From assembly GCA_043228905.1 (NCBI GenBank), contig JBHGNT010000007.1, positions 8,060,001 to 8,124,000 on the forward strand: 64,000 bases of DNA, given 5' to 3'. The stretch comes from Azolla caroliniana. Taxonomy: Eukaryota > Plantae > Polypodiophyta. Below the pieces are notes generated by a model. It was given only the letters and a program-made list of their open reading frames with translations, was not told where the DNA came from and searched no databases. Made by a program: the position numbers and the translations under genes. Below, piece by piece: positions 1 to 10,440 of the stretch; position 1 is the first letter of the stretch; each line of letters begins with the position of its first letter.

Positions 1-67
1 TTGCTCTTCGGTACAAGACCCCCGAGGCCCCGCCTCATTCCACGCATCCGCGAGGAAAACCTCGACA
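1..67 (+). mobile_element. 3' tip of an LTR of the tRNA-Trp-primed gypsy lineage (element lies left of the window)
   Basis: 'ctcttcggtacaagacccccgaggccccgcctc...ctcgaca' resembles the LTR end at 29572-29634 (ctcggtccaagaccccggtggtcccgcctc...cgcgaca). It ends in CGACA and is followed by ACGT. Confidence 0.7.
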
Positions 68-299
68 ACGTCCTCATCGAATCCATCCACCTTGGTTAGC
101 CACTACACGAAATCACCTACCGTGGTTGACGGCCCCAACTCCCATGTCATCCTCCACTTCATCTTCAACTCCCGCTATAGATTCTAGCTCCCCAATGGAG
201 ATTGATCGAATTTGCTACTAACCGTTGACTAGTACTCTGCGTTGATACCACTGCATGTCTCTATTGTGACGGGCCAACTTGTGAGATCAAGTGCAAAGT

Positions 300-575
300 A
301 GTGTGAGGGCTCTGTACCACTAATATTGGTAATGAGATAAGGTTGGATACAATCAATAGGCATTCTTGCCTTATATTGAGACCAATATTTAAGGTTGACA
401 TTTGCAATGTAGTATTCTAGCTTTGTTCTCTTAGAATCTTCCCACTTCATCCTTAATAATTCCACTAACCTTTGCTCTATCATTACAAAATACATAGTAT
501 CACCCAAAAGCTCAAAAAGATCATCCACACCCCATCTTTTGAACCATTTTCTTATGTCAACAATCCAACCGAATG
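300..575 (-). pseudogene. LINE ORF2 C-terminal fragment
   Basis: GWIVDIRKWFKRWGVDDLF resembles GWMQYLDKWFGRWDARHLL in the LINE at ~14230-14290. Confidence 0.5.
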
Positions 576-1878
576 AGAAGGAGAATGGATTTGGGAAAAA
601 GGGTGGACGAAACAAATCCAATTGTTAGTGACAAAAGAGACAAGGGAACAGAAGGGAGGTGAAGGGAGCAAGTTTGAAGCATGAGAAAAATGATAAAGCT
701 TATATTAGCAAGCCAATTTAATTAATGTCCAAGATGGATGTTGATCTAATTGAATCTAGTGCCTCTTTTTAGTTAAGTATGGTCACCTACCTTTTCTTGC
801 ATTACATATGTATGTCAAATGAGCATAAACAATGTCTTATTTTAGTTAGAAATAAAGAATCTATAGTATAATGTGAGCAGATAAAAAATAGGGAAATTAT
901 GTGAGTTTAGGGTTTACTTTTATCCTCAAAATATAGGTTTTATGAGGAAGAGCCACAATGTTTTCCTAAAATTAGAGAATTTGTTTGAGCAATGACCTAT
1001 GTTTTTGTATTGAAATGGGAGAAGCACCATGGAGCATTTCTTGACTAAATAAACTATACAATATAACTCTCAATTGACTATTTCCAAAACCACAAGCTTG
1101 TTTGTTGGGCATAACACTTCGGGCTATTAGGATTTCGGGTTTGGAAGTTGGGATACATTACACTCTTTTTTCATGGTGCCTTCATAGATTCTTGGGTAAT
1201 TAATTGAGGCATCTTCACAAAGCCAATGTGTCACAAGGGAAAGTTGTGGAAACTCCCACTTTAGCAACTAATCATCTGAATTGTGGAAATTCATCAAGTA
1301 CTTTTATGAAGGATGAAGAGAAAATTAAGCATAAAATAATCAGAATTTATCAGAGTTTTGGAGATTGGCCAAGCTTCAGTACTTAATTTATCCAAAAACA
1401 CAACAATTGTGCCTGTATTATATATCAAATTTTTGACACAATATTGCTTGATGTTGAACGCTTTTGCACTATACATATATAGAGAAACAATAGTGAAAAT
1501 GAGCTGCTATACATCCATAAAAACATCTTCAGTGTGTCTCTAATAACAGAGACAATTCATCCAGTAACAAAAAAACTATAGAAGAAGACAGAAAAGAAAA
1601 CTAAAGAACAGCCATTCTGTAGTCTTCATCAAGTAGCAACTTCTCAAATAGATTTTGAGACTGTTTTTTTTCATTACATATATAACTCTAAAGTATCTAT
1701 CTACCTATCTACCTACTACCCCTACATATCGTTTCTCTTAATCTTTGTAACAAAAAACTATAGAAAAGAACAGAAGAAGAAAACACAAGAGTATGTATGG
1801 ATATCTATCTATCTATCTATCTATATATATATATAATTATTTATATGTAGATGTATATGTAGAAGATGTATATAAAAA

Positions 1879-2061
1879 CTACCTTTTCGCACAAAAGAGT
1901 AGAAGTGCAGCTGATAAAGAAGCTAATAGTCTGAACTTTGGGTTTAACCATATGGCTCCTTTTCCTCCATTCTTCTGTGCCATACCACTAGGAGATGTTG
2001 AATTACTTCTTCCTATCTCAACTTTAAGATCTTTAATCTCCTTCTCTCTTTTCTCCACAAT
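1879..2061 (-). CDS. NEAP: Terminal exon of a NEAP-like (nuclear envelope-associated protein) gene
   Basis: Acceptor TTATCAG|ATT at 2062/2061, phase 0, 60 aa + TAG. IVEKREKEIKDLK...WLNPKFRLLASLSAALLLFCAKR* matches the NEAP C-terminal pattern (GERRDxEIKEIRD...FWDNSGFKIVVSMSMLMLVVVSKR*: TM segment + KR). Confidence 0.8.
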   Translation of the reverse strand: MVEKREKEIKDLKVEIGRSNSTSPSGMAQKNGGKGAIWLNPKFRLLASLSAALLLFCAKR

Positions 2062-2240
2062 CTGATAAGCAATCAAACACAAAAGAAAAACATATGGGCT
2101 TAGGATTTAGGATTTATACCTTGCATAAGGAGTATGGATTATTAGACAATATCAATCTCTATCCTAGTTCAAAAACCTAATGAACCATTAAATTCTGAAA
2201 AACACCCGGGCTGGTTTAGCATGTTTAAGCATTTAATTAC

Positions 2241-2342
2241 CTTTTGAAGCTTCCGTGTTTGGGCCCGAGCTTCTTGTAACCAAAACTCCAATTTCAAGAC
2301 CCTCTTCTTCAGGTCCTGTTCTACCGTCAGGTGCCTCTCTCT
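2241..2342 (-). CDS. NEAP: Penultimate exon of NEAP-like gene
   Basis: CAG|AGA acceptor and AAG|GTAATT donor, 102 nt, phase 0/0. RERHLTVEQDLKKRVLKLEFWLQEARAQTRKLQK matches the NEAP motif [26 protein letters not shown]. Confidence 0.85.
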
Positions 2343-2429
2343 CTGATAAACAAAAGAAAAAAGAAAATAAACCATCTGACTGATGGATGCATCGACAATT
2401 CAACACCTCAGAGCATGAAATTACATACA

Positions 2430-2741
2430 TGTGTATCCTATCTATACATAACACATATCAATACACACACGCATTGTGTATAATGTGCATGTGGTATGCG
2501 TGTGTATGTATATGCTGTATGTGGTATGCAATATTCTGCATGTGCTATGAGTATGAGTATGCATAGACCATGTATGAGTATCCAAAGAGCATGAGTATGC
2601 ATAGACCATGTATGAGTATGCATACACAGGTATGAGTATCCATAACCCTCGGTATGCATATGGTATGCGGTATGCGTATGCATATCCATGTATGAGCATC
2701 AATATGCCTCTGTATGTGCGTATGCTGAAGGGCGTTATGTA
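2430..2741. repeat. Degenerate hexamer-like low-complexity repeat (ATGAGT/ATGTGT/ATGCAT) in the NEAP intron
   Basis: Visible periodic tract, including a duplicated gagtatgcatagaccatgtatgagtat. It runs into the gap. Confidence 0.8.
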
Positions 2742-2841
2742 NNNNNNNNNNNNNNNNNNNNNNNNNNNNNNNNNNNNNNNNNNNNNNNNNNNNNNNNNNN
2801 NNNNNNNNNNNNNNNNNNNNNNNNNNNNNNNNNNNNNNNNN
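2742..2841. other. Assembly gap (100 N)
   Basis: Run of exactly 100 N, so the true size is unknown. Confidence 0.99.
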
Positions 2842-3261
2842 AATCGACAGAAGAACATGTCCGTGGCAGACTACACGGGCTGGATAAACGTGAGTGTTTG
2901 TGGAAGCGTAAAACAGAGAACAACACAGAGAGAGAGCACAGAACCCAATTTCAAAATTATATCAAAACTCTGTATACACACTGTGCTAAGTAGCACTATT
3001 TATACAAGTCCTCTTGGGACTGACAGAAGTACCATGTACTTCAATGCTCACACGAGCATCTGACACTTACTACGAGACTATAGCTACCTAGTAGTCTATC
3101 CTATACTAGGCTTCCGATTGGACTGCCGGTTACGGATTGCACCCGACCTCCACTGCTTGCCGGTTCGGTTGCTCACCGTCATACCGATCCGTTTCGCCCG
3201 ATCCGTCTCGCTTACCGGCTCCGGCTTATTCAGCCGATCCGGCTCCGGTTGAGCTTGCCGC

Positions 3262-6200
3262 TCAACACTCCCCCTCAAGCTCAACCTGAGGTGGGGTCGT
3301 AGTGTCGGCCTTTGTGGCAGTCGGTTCTTCCAACTGACTTCTCCTGGCGTCACTCCGCCTTGTTTGCGCTCCTCGTCTGGTCCGGTCCCGTTTGCCGCGA
3401 CCCCTTTGGTTCTGCGCGCCTCGACCCTCTCGGTCGGCATGTTTGCTCAATAGGCCCATCTCAGCACTCACGCTGCTGTGATTCCGTCGCTTGCCGATCC
3501 ATCGGTTCTCCCACGATGGCATCGACATCCGCTGTGTCCGTGTCCCCTTGGCCTTCAGACGATCCGACTCGTCCAGATCCATCTGTTGATCCGAGTCAAC
3601 TGTCTCCGACTCGTTCCATCTCTTGTCCGAATCGGTACACTTCGATTCGACTTCCGGCTTCAGGCCTCTCACCACATCGGACCACTTCCGAGTCTTGGCC
3701 TTCTCCATGCTTCCCTCGGCTTCTTCAGCCGGTGAACCGAAATCGAATTCTTCATTCGACTCCGCATCATGGTTAGTACTGTCGTGATGACCTCTGCACA
3801 GCATGCACTTCTCTTCCTGAGTGCACAACTCTTCTTCACAGCCGCTTGCTCCGACCTGTTCGGATGTGTCGACTTCCTTCGTCGACTCGGCTTCCTTCAT
3901 CTTCTTGTCTCCTCTTCTTTCGGCTCTCCTCTTACTGACGGGTTCAATAGTTTTTTGGCCTTTGCCCGTTTCGATAGAGACTGTGCCCTTGCTTCTCCCC
4001 CTCAAGTGCGGCACGTCGAGATGCTGAATACCAAGCATGTCGGTAAAGTGCTGCAACTTGTCCGATCCGAGTGGCTTGGTGAAGATGTCGGCAACTTGCC
4101 GATCCGTATGAACATACCGTAGGTCAACTTCACCGCTCAGGACCCGCTCACGCATGAAGTGGTAGTGCACCTCGATGTGCTTTGTGCGAGCATGGAACAC
4201 AGGGTTCCTGGCGAGCTGCATGCTGCTCATGTTATCGCAGTAAATCGGGATCGGGGTTGGTACCTCGATCTGCAAGTCTTGCAGCAGTCACCGAAGCCAG
4301 ATGGCTTCACAAGTGGCAACGGTAGCAGCCCGGTACTCAGCCTCAGTGCTTGACAAAGCCACTGTGGGCTGCTTCTTGCTGCTCCACGCAACGACCGCGC
4401 TATCTATGGAGAACATGTATCCGGAAGTGGAGCGGCGATCAGACGCATCGCCGGCCTAGTCAGCATCTGTGTAACCGACAAGCTCTTCGGGTATACCTCG
4501 CCGGTATAGAAGTCCCCGATCCTTAGTGCCGCTGACATACCGTAATATTCGTTGCGCGCATTGAAGGTGCTCCACGGTCGGCTTCTGCATGAACTGACTT
4601 ACCATGCCGACCAGATAGCTGATGTCGGGTCGGGTGATGGTTAAGTAAATCAGGCTTCCGACCACCTGTCGGAACCGTTTCTCATTGCAGGCCGGTCCGG
4701 AGTTGGGACGGAGCTTCTGGTTCCGATCCAGGGGTGTGGACACAGGTCGGCAATCCGTCATGCCGAACTTATACAACATATTCAACACGTAATGTCGTTG
4801 TGAGAGCAATATGCCTTCGGGGGTCCGGATCACTTCGATCCCAAGAAAATAATGAAGGTCCCCCAAGTCCTTCATTTCGAATGTGTTCGACAACTGGGAC
4901 TTGACGCGGTTGATTTCGGGAAGACCCGGTCCGGTGATGACTAAATCATCCACATACAAGAGTATACATACCGGACCGTCAGAACCTTGCCGGATGAACA
5001 ACGAAGAGTCCGACTTAGAGACAGCAAACCCCAGCTTATGCAACCGGTGCGTGATCTTCGCGTTCCAGGCTCGGGGGGCTTGCTTCAAGCCGTAAAGCGA
5101 CTTCTTCAGTTGGCATACCACTGACTTGTTCATCTCCGATTGAAATACGGGGGGCTGAGTCATAAAGACTTCTTCTTCAATCTCTCCTTGAAGGAAGGCG
5201 TTCTTCACATCCATCTGGTGAAGATGCCACCCCCTTGCCGCAGCAACCGCCAGTACCACACGAACCGTCGTCATCTTCGCCACAGGAACGAAGGTCTCAT
5301 CGTAGTCGATTCCGTGGGTCTGCGCGTATCCCTTCACCACTAACCGGGCTTTGTACCGGTTAACAGAACTGTCGGCGTTGTACTTGACCTTGTACACCCA
5401 CTTGCATCCGATCGGTTTATAGTGACGGGGAGGATCAACTAGGTCCCAAGTTTCGTTGGCATCGAGTGCCCGCATTTCTTCGTCCATAGCGGCACGCCAA
5501 TTTGCGTCCTTTGCCGCTTCTGCGTAGCTCTCCGGCTCACGCACTTCTGTCACTTTAGTCATGTATGCATAATGATCTGCCATGTATTCATTGTACCCGT
5601 ACCGCATGACGGGATCCTTCTGAGGGGTTGATCGGTGCAACGCACCGTCACCCGATTTGAGGCCTTTCTTGGCCAGTTCGGTCTTCGTTGCCGAAGATCT
5701 ACCTTTCTCCTTTCCGGAGTCGGATACGCACCGATCCAACTCATCGTTGCCGGTTTCGAATTCCGGCATCTTCCTCTTCCCCTTCTCTTTGCGCGTGAAC
5801 CGTTTCCTCGGTTCCTTGCGCGGGGTGAACACGGCAGAGTCACCACCACTTGCCGTCTCTTCATCCGACTGGTCCAACCGACTCAGTCGCTCGTTCGGTC
5901 CACTCAACTGTAACGATTCCGGACTCTCATCTTGAGTCCCGGCTTCATCATCCTCTGCCAGGGCTGATTCAGGCTCACTGGCCTGATCTTCCGGCATTGG
6001 GTCGGGATCGGAAGTCGGAGTCGGTATGGAGTACCAGGATGCCAATTCATCGAACTCGACATCCCGGCTTACTCGGACTTCCTTCGTCCGGGGGTTATAG
6101 CACTTATACCCCTTTTGCTCTTGAGCATAGCCGACTAGGATGCATTTTTCCGATTTTGCATCCAGCTTTCTCCGCTTCTGATCCGGCACATGCACATACG

Positions 6201-8308
6201 CTATGCTGCCGAATATCCGAAGGTGTCTTAAGTTCGGCTTGCGCCTGAAATACAGCTCATGAGTTGACACCTTGTCACCAATGCGGTTTTGTATGTAGAC
6301 GGCCGTCTGGACCGCCTCCGCCCAGTAGAACCCGGCGGGGCATGCTCTTTTCCTCCAGCATTGCCCTTGCCGCTTCGACGAGTGTACGGTTCTTCCTTTC
6401 GGCCACACCGTTTTGCTCCGGTGTGTATCTGCAGCTGAACTCTCGCCGAATTCCCTTCTGCTACAGATAACTAGTGAATTGGCCAGAAAAATATTCCTTT
6501 CCGCCATTCGACCGAAGGCATTTGATCTTCCTCTCCGATTCCCGTTCCACCATCTTCTGGAAGCTCCGGAAACAGTCGAAGACTTCGCTCTTCCGCTCAA
6601 TGAGGTAGATCCAAGTATGTCGTGTATAGTCGTCGGTGAAGGAGATGAAGTACTGACTCCCGCCAAGGCTTACACTTTGTGCCGGTCCCCACACATCCGA
6701 AAGGATGAGATCAAGCTTGTTGCGGCTCCGGTTCTGTTCGGTGGGCAATGGAAGCCGGTGTTGCTTCCCAAGTTGGCAGGCTTCACAAATTTCGGCTCTC
6801 CGGCCGTTGAACTTCGGCAAACCGACAACGACTTGTTTCGTATGCAGGTCTTGAAGCCTCCGGTAGTTGACGTGGCCTATCCGCTTGTGCCACAGGTCGA
6901 TGTCTGACTCGACCTTCTGTCGATTCGCGAACAGAGCGGTGCCAAAGTCATTGGTGTTGAGGATAAACATCCTCCCGTCTCTGCGCCCTTGCGCAATGAC
7001 TTCGCCCTCATCCTCAATGAAGCACCCGAGGTGCGTAAACCGCACCTGCATCCCCTGGTCGACAATCTGACCGACGGACACCAGGTTCTTCGTGATTGTC
7101 GGAACGTGTAATACGTTCATCAACTTCCCTTTCTGTCCAACGTGGCTTAGAGGGACTTCTCCGACGTGCACGATTGGGTGAGGAGTGTCGTCTCCGGTTT
7201 CGACTACTCCTGGTTGATCCGGTTTCTCCAGAAAGGAGAACCACTCTTTGTGGCTCGTCATGTGGTTCGACGCGCCAGAATCAACATACCACACTTCCTC
7301 CGTTTTGGAAGTGGTCTTCTTCATTGAGTTTTCCTTGTGATTCATCACCAAGGCTGGCCCCTTGCTGGCCTTTCCGGTTCTGGATCTTCCTGATCCGTTT
7401 GCGTAGTGCGAGTTTTGCCGGCCATCCTTACCGGTCTTGCCGGATCCGGATTTGTCCGAATCGGCACGCTTTCTCCAGCACTCGCTTTCCCTGTGGCCTT
7501 TTTTGCCACAGTACCAGCATTCCGTAGTGGATTTGTCTTGCCGGCCTCCAGCACCGCCTTGACTCCCCCTGCTTGTGGAAGTCTCGGAACTGCTGTCGGC
7601 ACGCTCATAGTGCCTCCGTTCCTGCTCTTGCCGGCCGCCTCCATTGCGTAGCCACCCACCTCTTCCACCACGCCCACGGAGCCGATCCGTTCCCGTGTAC
7701 AGCATTCGGCTGTCCGGGGATGCATTGGTAGATGCACCGGCGTGGTTCTCCTCTACAAGGAGCATCGATTGTAAGTCGAAGAATGAGGGGGTATTCTCCC
7801 TTGTACACACCGCAGTCCGGAACGCTCCGAACTTGGACGCCAGGCCTCCGAGACATACCTGCACCATCTCGTCTTCCTCTACAGTAACATTGATAGAGGC
7901 GAGCGAGTCGCAGATCTCCTTTATCCGGCCCGTGTAGTCTGCCACAGACATGTTCTTCGGTCGAACATTGCTCAACTCCTGTCTAAGTTGCAGCTTCCGG
8001 GCAGTGGTGCTTGTGGCGAAAACCTTTTTCAGGTTCCCCCAAGCATCCTTCGGTGTCTTGGCGTCACGGATGTGGCTAAGCAGCTGATCGCCGACACTGG
8101 ACGCGAAGCAGTACATCACCCTGCTTGCCGCTTGTTCCCATACCGGGAAGTCCTTGTGTGCCGAGTCGGGCGCCGCATTATTCGCTCCTTCGACATAACT
8201 CCAGTACCCGTGTCCAAGCAGGTACTGGTGCATCTTGTAAGACCAGGATGTGTAGTTGCTCCTGTCGAGCTTCTCCACCGGGAGCGACGTAGCCATGCCT
8301 CTATCCAT
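3262..8308 (-). pseudogene. C1 gag-pol polyprotein, disrupted by stops/frameshifts
   Basis: CWYCGKKGHRESEC zinc knuckle, WYVDSGASNHM protease, LWHKRIGH..CEAC integrase, LYVDDL RT, NPVFHARTKHIEVHYH RNase H. Stops at 6461 and 4456. Confidence 0.93.
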
Positions 8309-8390
8309 GTCTTCTACTGTGTCTGTTTTCGACCTGTTAGGGTTTTCTTCTCAAGAGTAAATGTCTGCAGCAGAGGTTCTCAACCCTCGC

Positions 8391-8402
8391 GCTCTGATAC
8401 CA
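8391..8402 (-). promoter_or_regulatory. PBS complementary to tRNA-iMet (C1)
   Basis: TGGTATCAGAGC immediately inside the 5' LTR. Confidence 0.95.
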
Positions 8403-8441
8403 TGTGAACGTGAGTGTTTGCGGAAGCGTAAAACAGAGAAC

Positions 8442-8495
<54 letters not shown>

Positions 8496-8825
8496 GCAGA
8501 ACCCAATTTCCAAATTATATCAAAACTCTGTATACACACTGTGCTAAGTAGCACTATTTATACAAGTCCTCTTGGGACTGACAAAAGTACCATGTACTTC
8601 AATGCTCACACGAGCATCTGACACTTACTACGAGACTATAGCTACCTAGTAGTCTATCCTATACTAGGCTTCCGATTGGACTGCCGGTTACAGATTGCAC
8701 CCGGCCTCCACTGCTTGCCGGTTCGGTTGCTCACCGTCATACCGATCCGTTTCGCCCGATCCGTCTCGCTTACCGGCTTCGGCTTATTCAGCCGATCCGG
8801 CTCCGGTTGAGCTTGCCGCTCAACA

Positions 8826-8879
8826 GTTCATCAGCACTGTTCTTCTCCCTTTCCATCTGGAGGGACTTGTCTCCCAACA
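8826..8879 (-). mobile_element. 5' tip of a Tork/Tnt1-type copia LTR (C6 family), interrupted by C1
   Basis: ccatctggagggacttgtctcccaaca is nearly identical to ccatccggagggacctgtctcccaaca at 43659-43685. Confidence 0.7.
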
Positions 8880-10091
8880 AGCAGAACATCATGAACTCAA
8901 CTCAAAATAATAACACTCTATACATACAATGTGCTTTAGAACACTTTTTATACAAGTCCTTAAAAGGACTGACAAAAGTACTGACAAGTACTTCAATGCT
9001 CACACGAGCGACTGACACTAACTCCAAGGAATTTTCCTACATACTTGGCCAAGATTGTAGACCTCTAACTACCTATCAGTTACCATCCTATCCGTCTCTC
9101 CGATCTGGATACCTATCCGGTTCTCCGTTCTGGATATCGATCTGGCTCTAGCTTATTCAACCGATCCGGATCCGGTTGAGCTTGTCCACTCAACACTCCC
9201 CCTCAAGCTCAACGTGAGGTCGGATCGCTGAGTTAGTGTCTGCTGAACCTTGCGGTCGGCTTCTTCTAGTGTCTTCTCACCTCGTTCACACTCCTCGACC
9301 TGTTCGGTTCCGCTTTCCACGACCCGTCTGGTCCCGTGCACCTCGACCTTCTTGATGAGCTTGTTTGCTCATAAAGCCCATCTTAGCTCCTTCGTTGTTG
9401 CGACTCTGGCATTTCTCGGCCCGTCAGTTTCTTCGTGTCGGTGTCGACTTCTGCTACCCGCTCATCTGTTTGGCCTTTAGTTGATCCGGTTTCTTCTAAT
9501 CGAACTCCCCTCCCGAATTGGGTGCCTCCGATTCATTCCAGTTCGTGTTTGAATTGGCTGTCTCCAATTCGTCTTCAATCTTTAGGCCCTTTACCACATC
9601 AGACCACGTCTGGCTCTTGGCCTTCTTCTTCCGATCGGCTCTGTCCTTCTTGACTGTGCCATCGTCGCCGCTTGTTCCGACTTGTTTGGATGTCCCGACT
9701 TCTTCAGTTGACTCGACTTCCTTCTTCTTCTTGTCTCCCCCTGTATCAGTTGTTTCCTTCTCTCTGACCTCTCGTCTGGTGCCATTTCCTGCTTTCCCGC
9801 TTTCTGTTCCGGTTTTCCCTGTACCAGTACCGGTTCTCCCCCTCAAGTGCGACATGTTGAGATGCTGAAGACCAAGCATCTTCCTCAAGTGTGGCATGTC
9901 GAGATGCTGAATACCAAGAATCTCCAAAAGATGTTGCAGCTTTCGATTCCAAGTGCCTTGGTGAAGATGTTGGCAACCTGCCGATCCGTCCGGACATACC
10001 AAAGTTCTATGTGCTTCATCCGAGCACTTCTATGTGACCCGTTGCTATGTGCTTCATCCGAGCATGGAACACAGGGTTCTTGGCTAGTTGT
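8880..10091 (-). mobile_element. Copia C2 3' remnant (RNase H end, extension, PPT, partial 3' LTR), related to C1
   Basis: LTR ends caaca at 9195, PPT 9196-9206. QLAKNPVFHA and RQVANIFTKAL remnants. The WSDVVKGLK motif is shared with C1. Confidence 0.85.
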
Positions 10092-10401
10092 TGTCATGAT
10101 ATATCATGGTATGGCATGAAAAGGATTTTAACCCATGACCTTGTGTCACATGGGTTAAAGCCCTACCATTCAACTATACATTGTAATACAAAGAATATTG
10201 TTTTCATTTACTATTTCACTATAGAAAATTGATGTATATTCCAGATTTCTCTGGAACATTCTAGAAACTTCAGGAGTACTCTTGACAGCACTATAAAAAG
10301 AGGCACAAGGCATTATTTCAAACCAATTCGGTTCAACGCCAGTCTTAAGCCTCCTAGCTATTCTTGTACTCACTCTTCATATAATATATCACTTGTAATC
10401 A

Positions 10402-10437
<36 letters not shown>

Positions 10438-10440
<3 letters not shown>

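Larger units (their letters stand above)
2887..8825 (-). mobile_element. Ty1/copia element C1, near full length
   Basis: LTRs 2887-3267 (outer few bases missing) and 8403-8825, about 6-7 substitutions plus a (GA)n length difference. PBS TGGTATCAGAGC 8391-8402, PPT 3268-3278. Domain order gag-PR-IN-RT-RH. Confidence 0.95.

Noticed and set aside
623-1162. Possible solo LTR (TGTAATGTATCCC start on the minus strand)
   Set aside because: I could not find a matching TSD or a second copy, so the boundaries are unsupported.
2438-3063. His/Tyr/Met-rich ORFs near the gap
   Set aside because: These are translations of a low-complexity repeat and Ns.
3312-7937. Many antisense/alternate-frame ORFs over C1 (also over G-B, C4 and C5)
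   Set aside because: Shadow ORFs of GC-rich retroelement coding sequence with no recognisable motifs.
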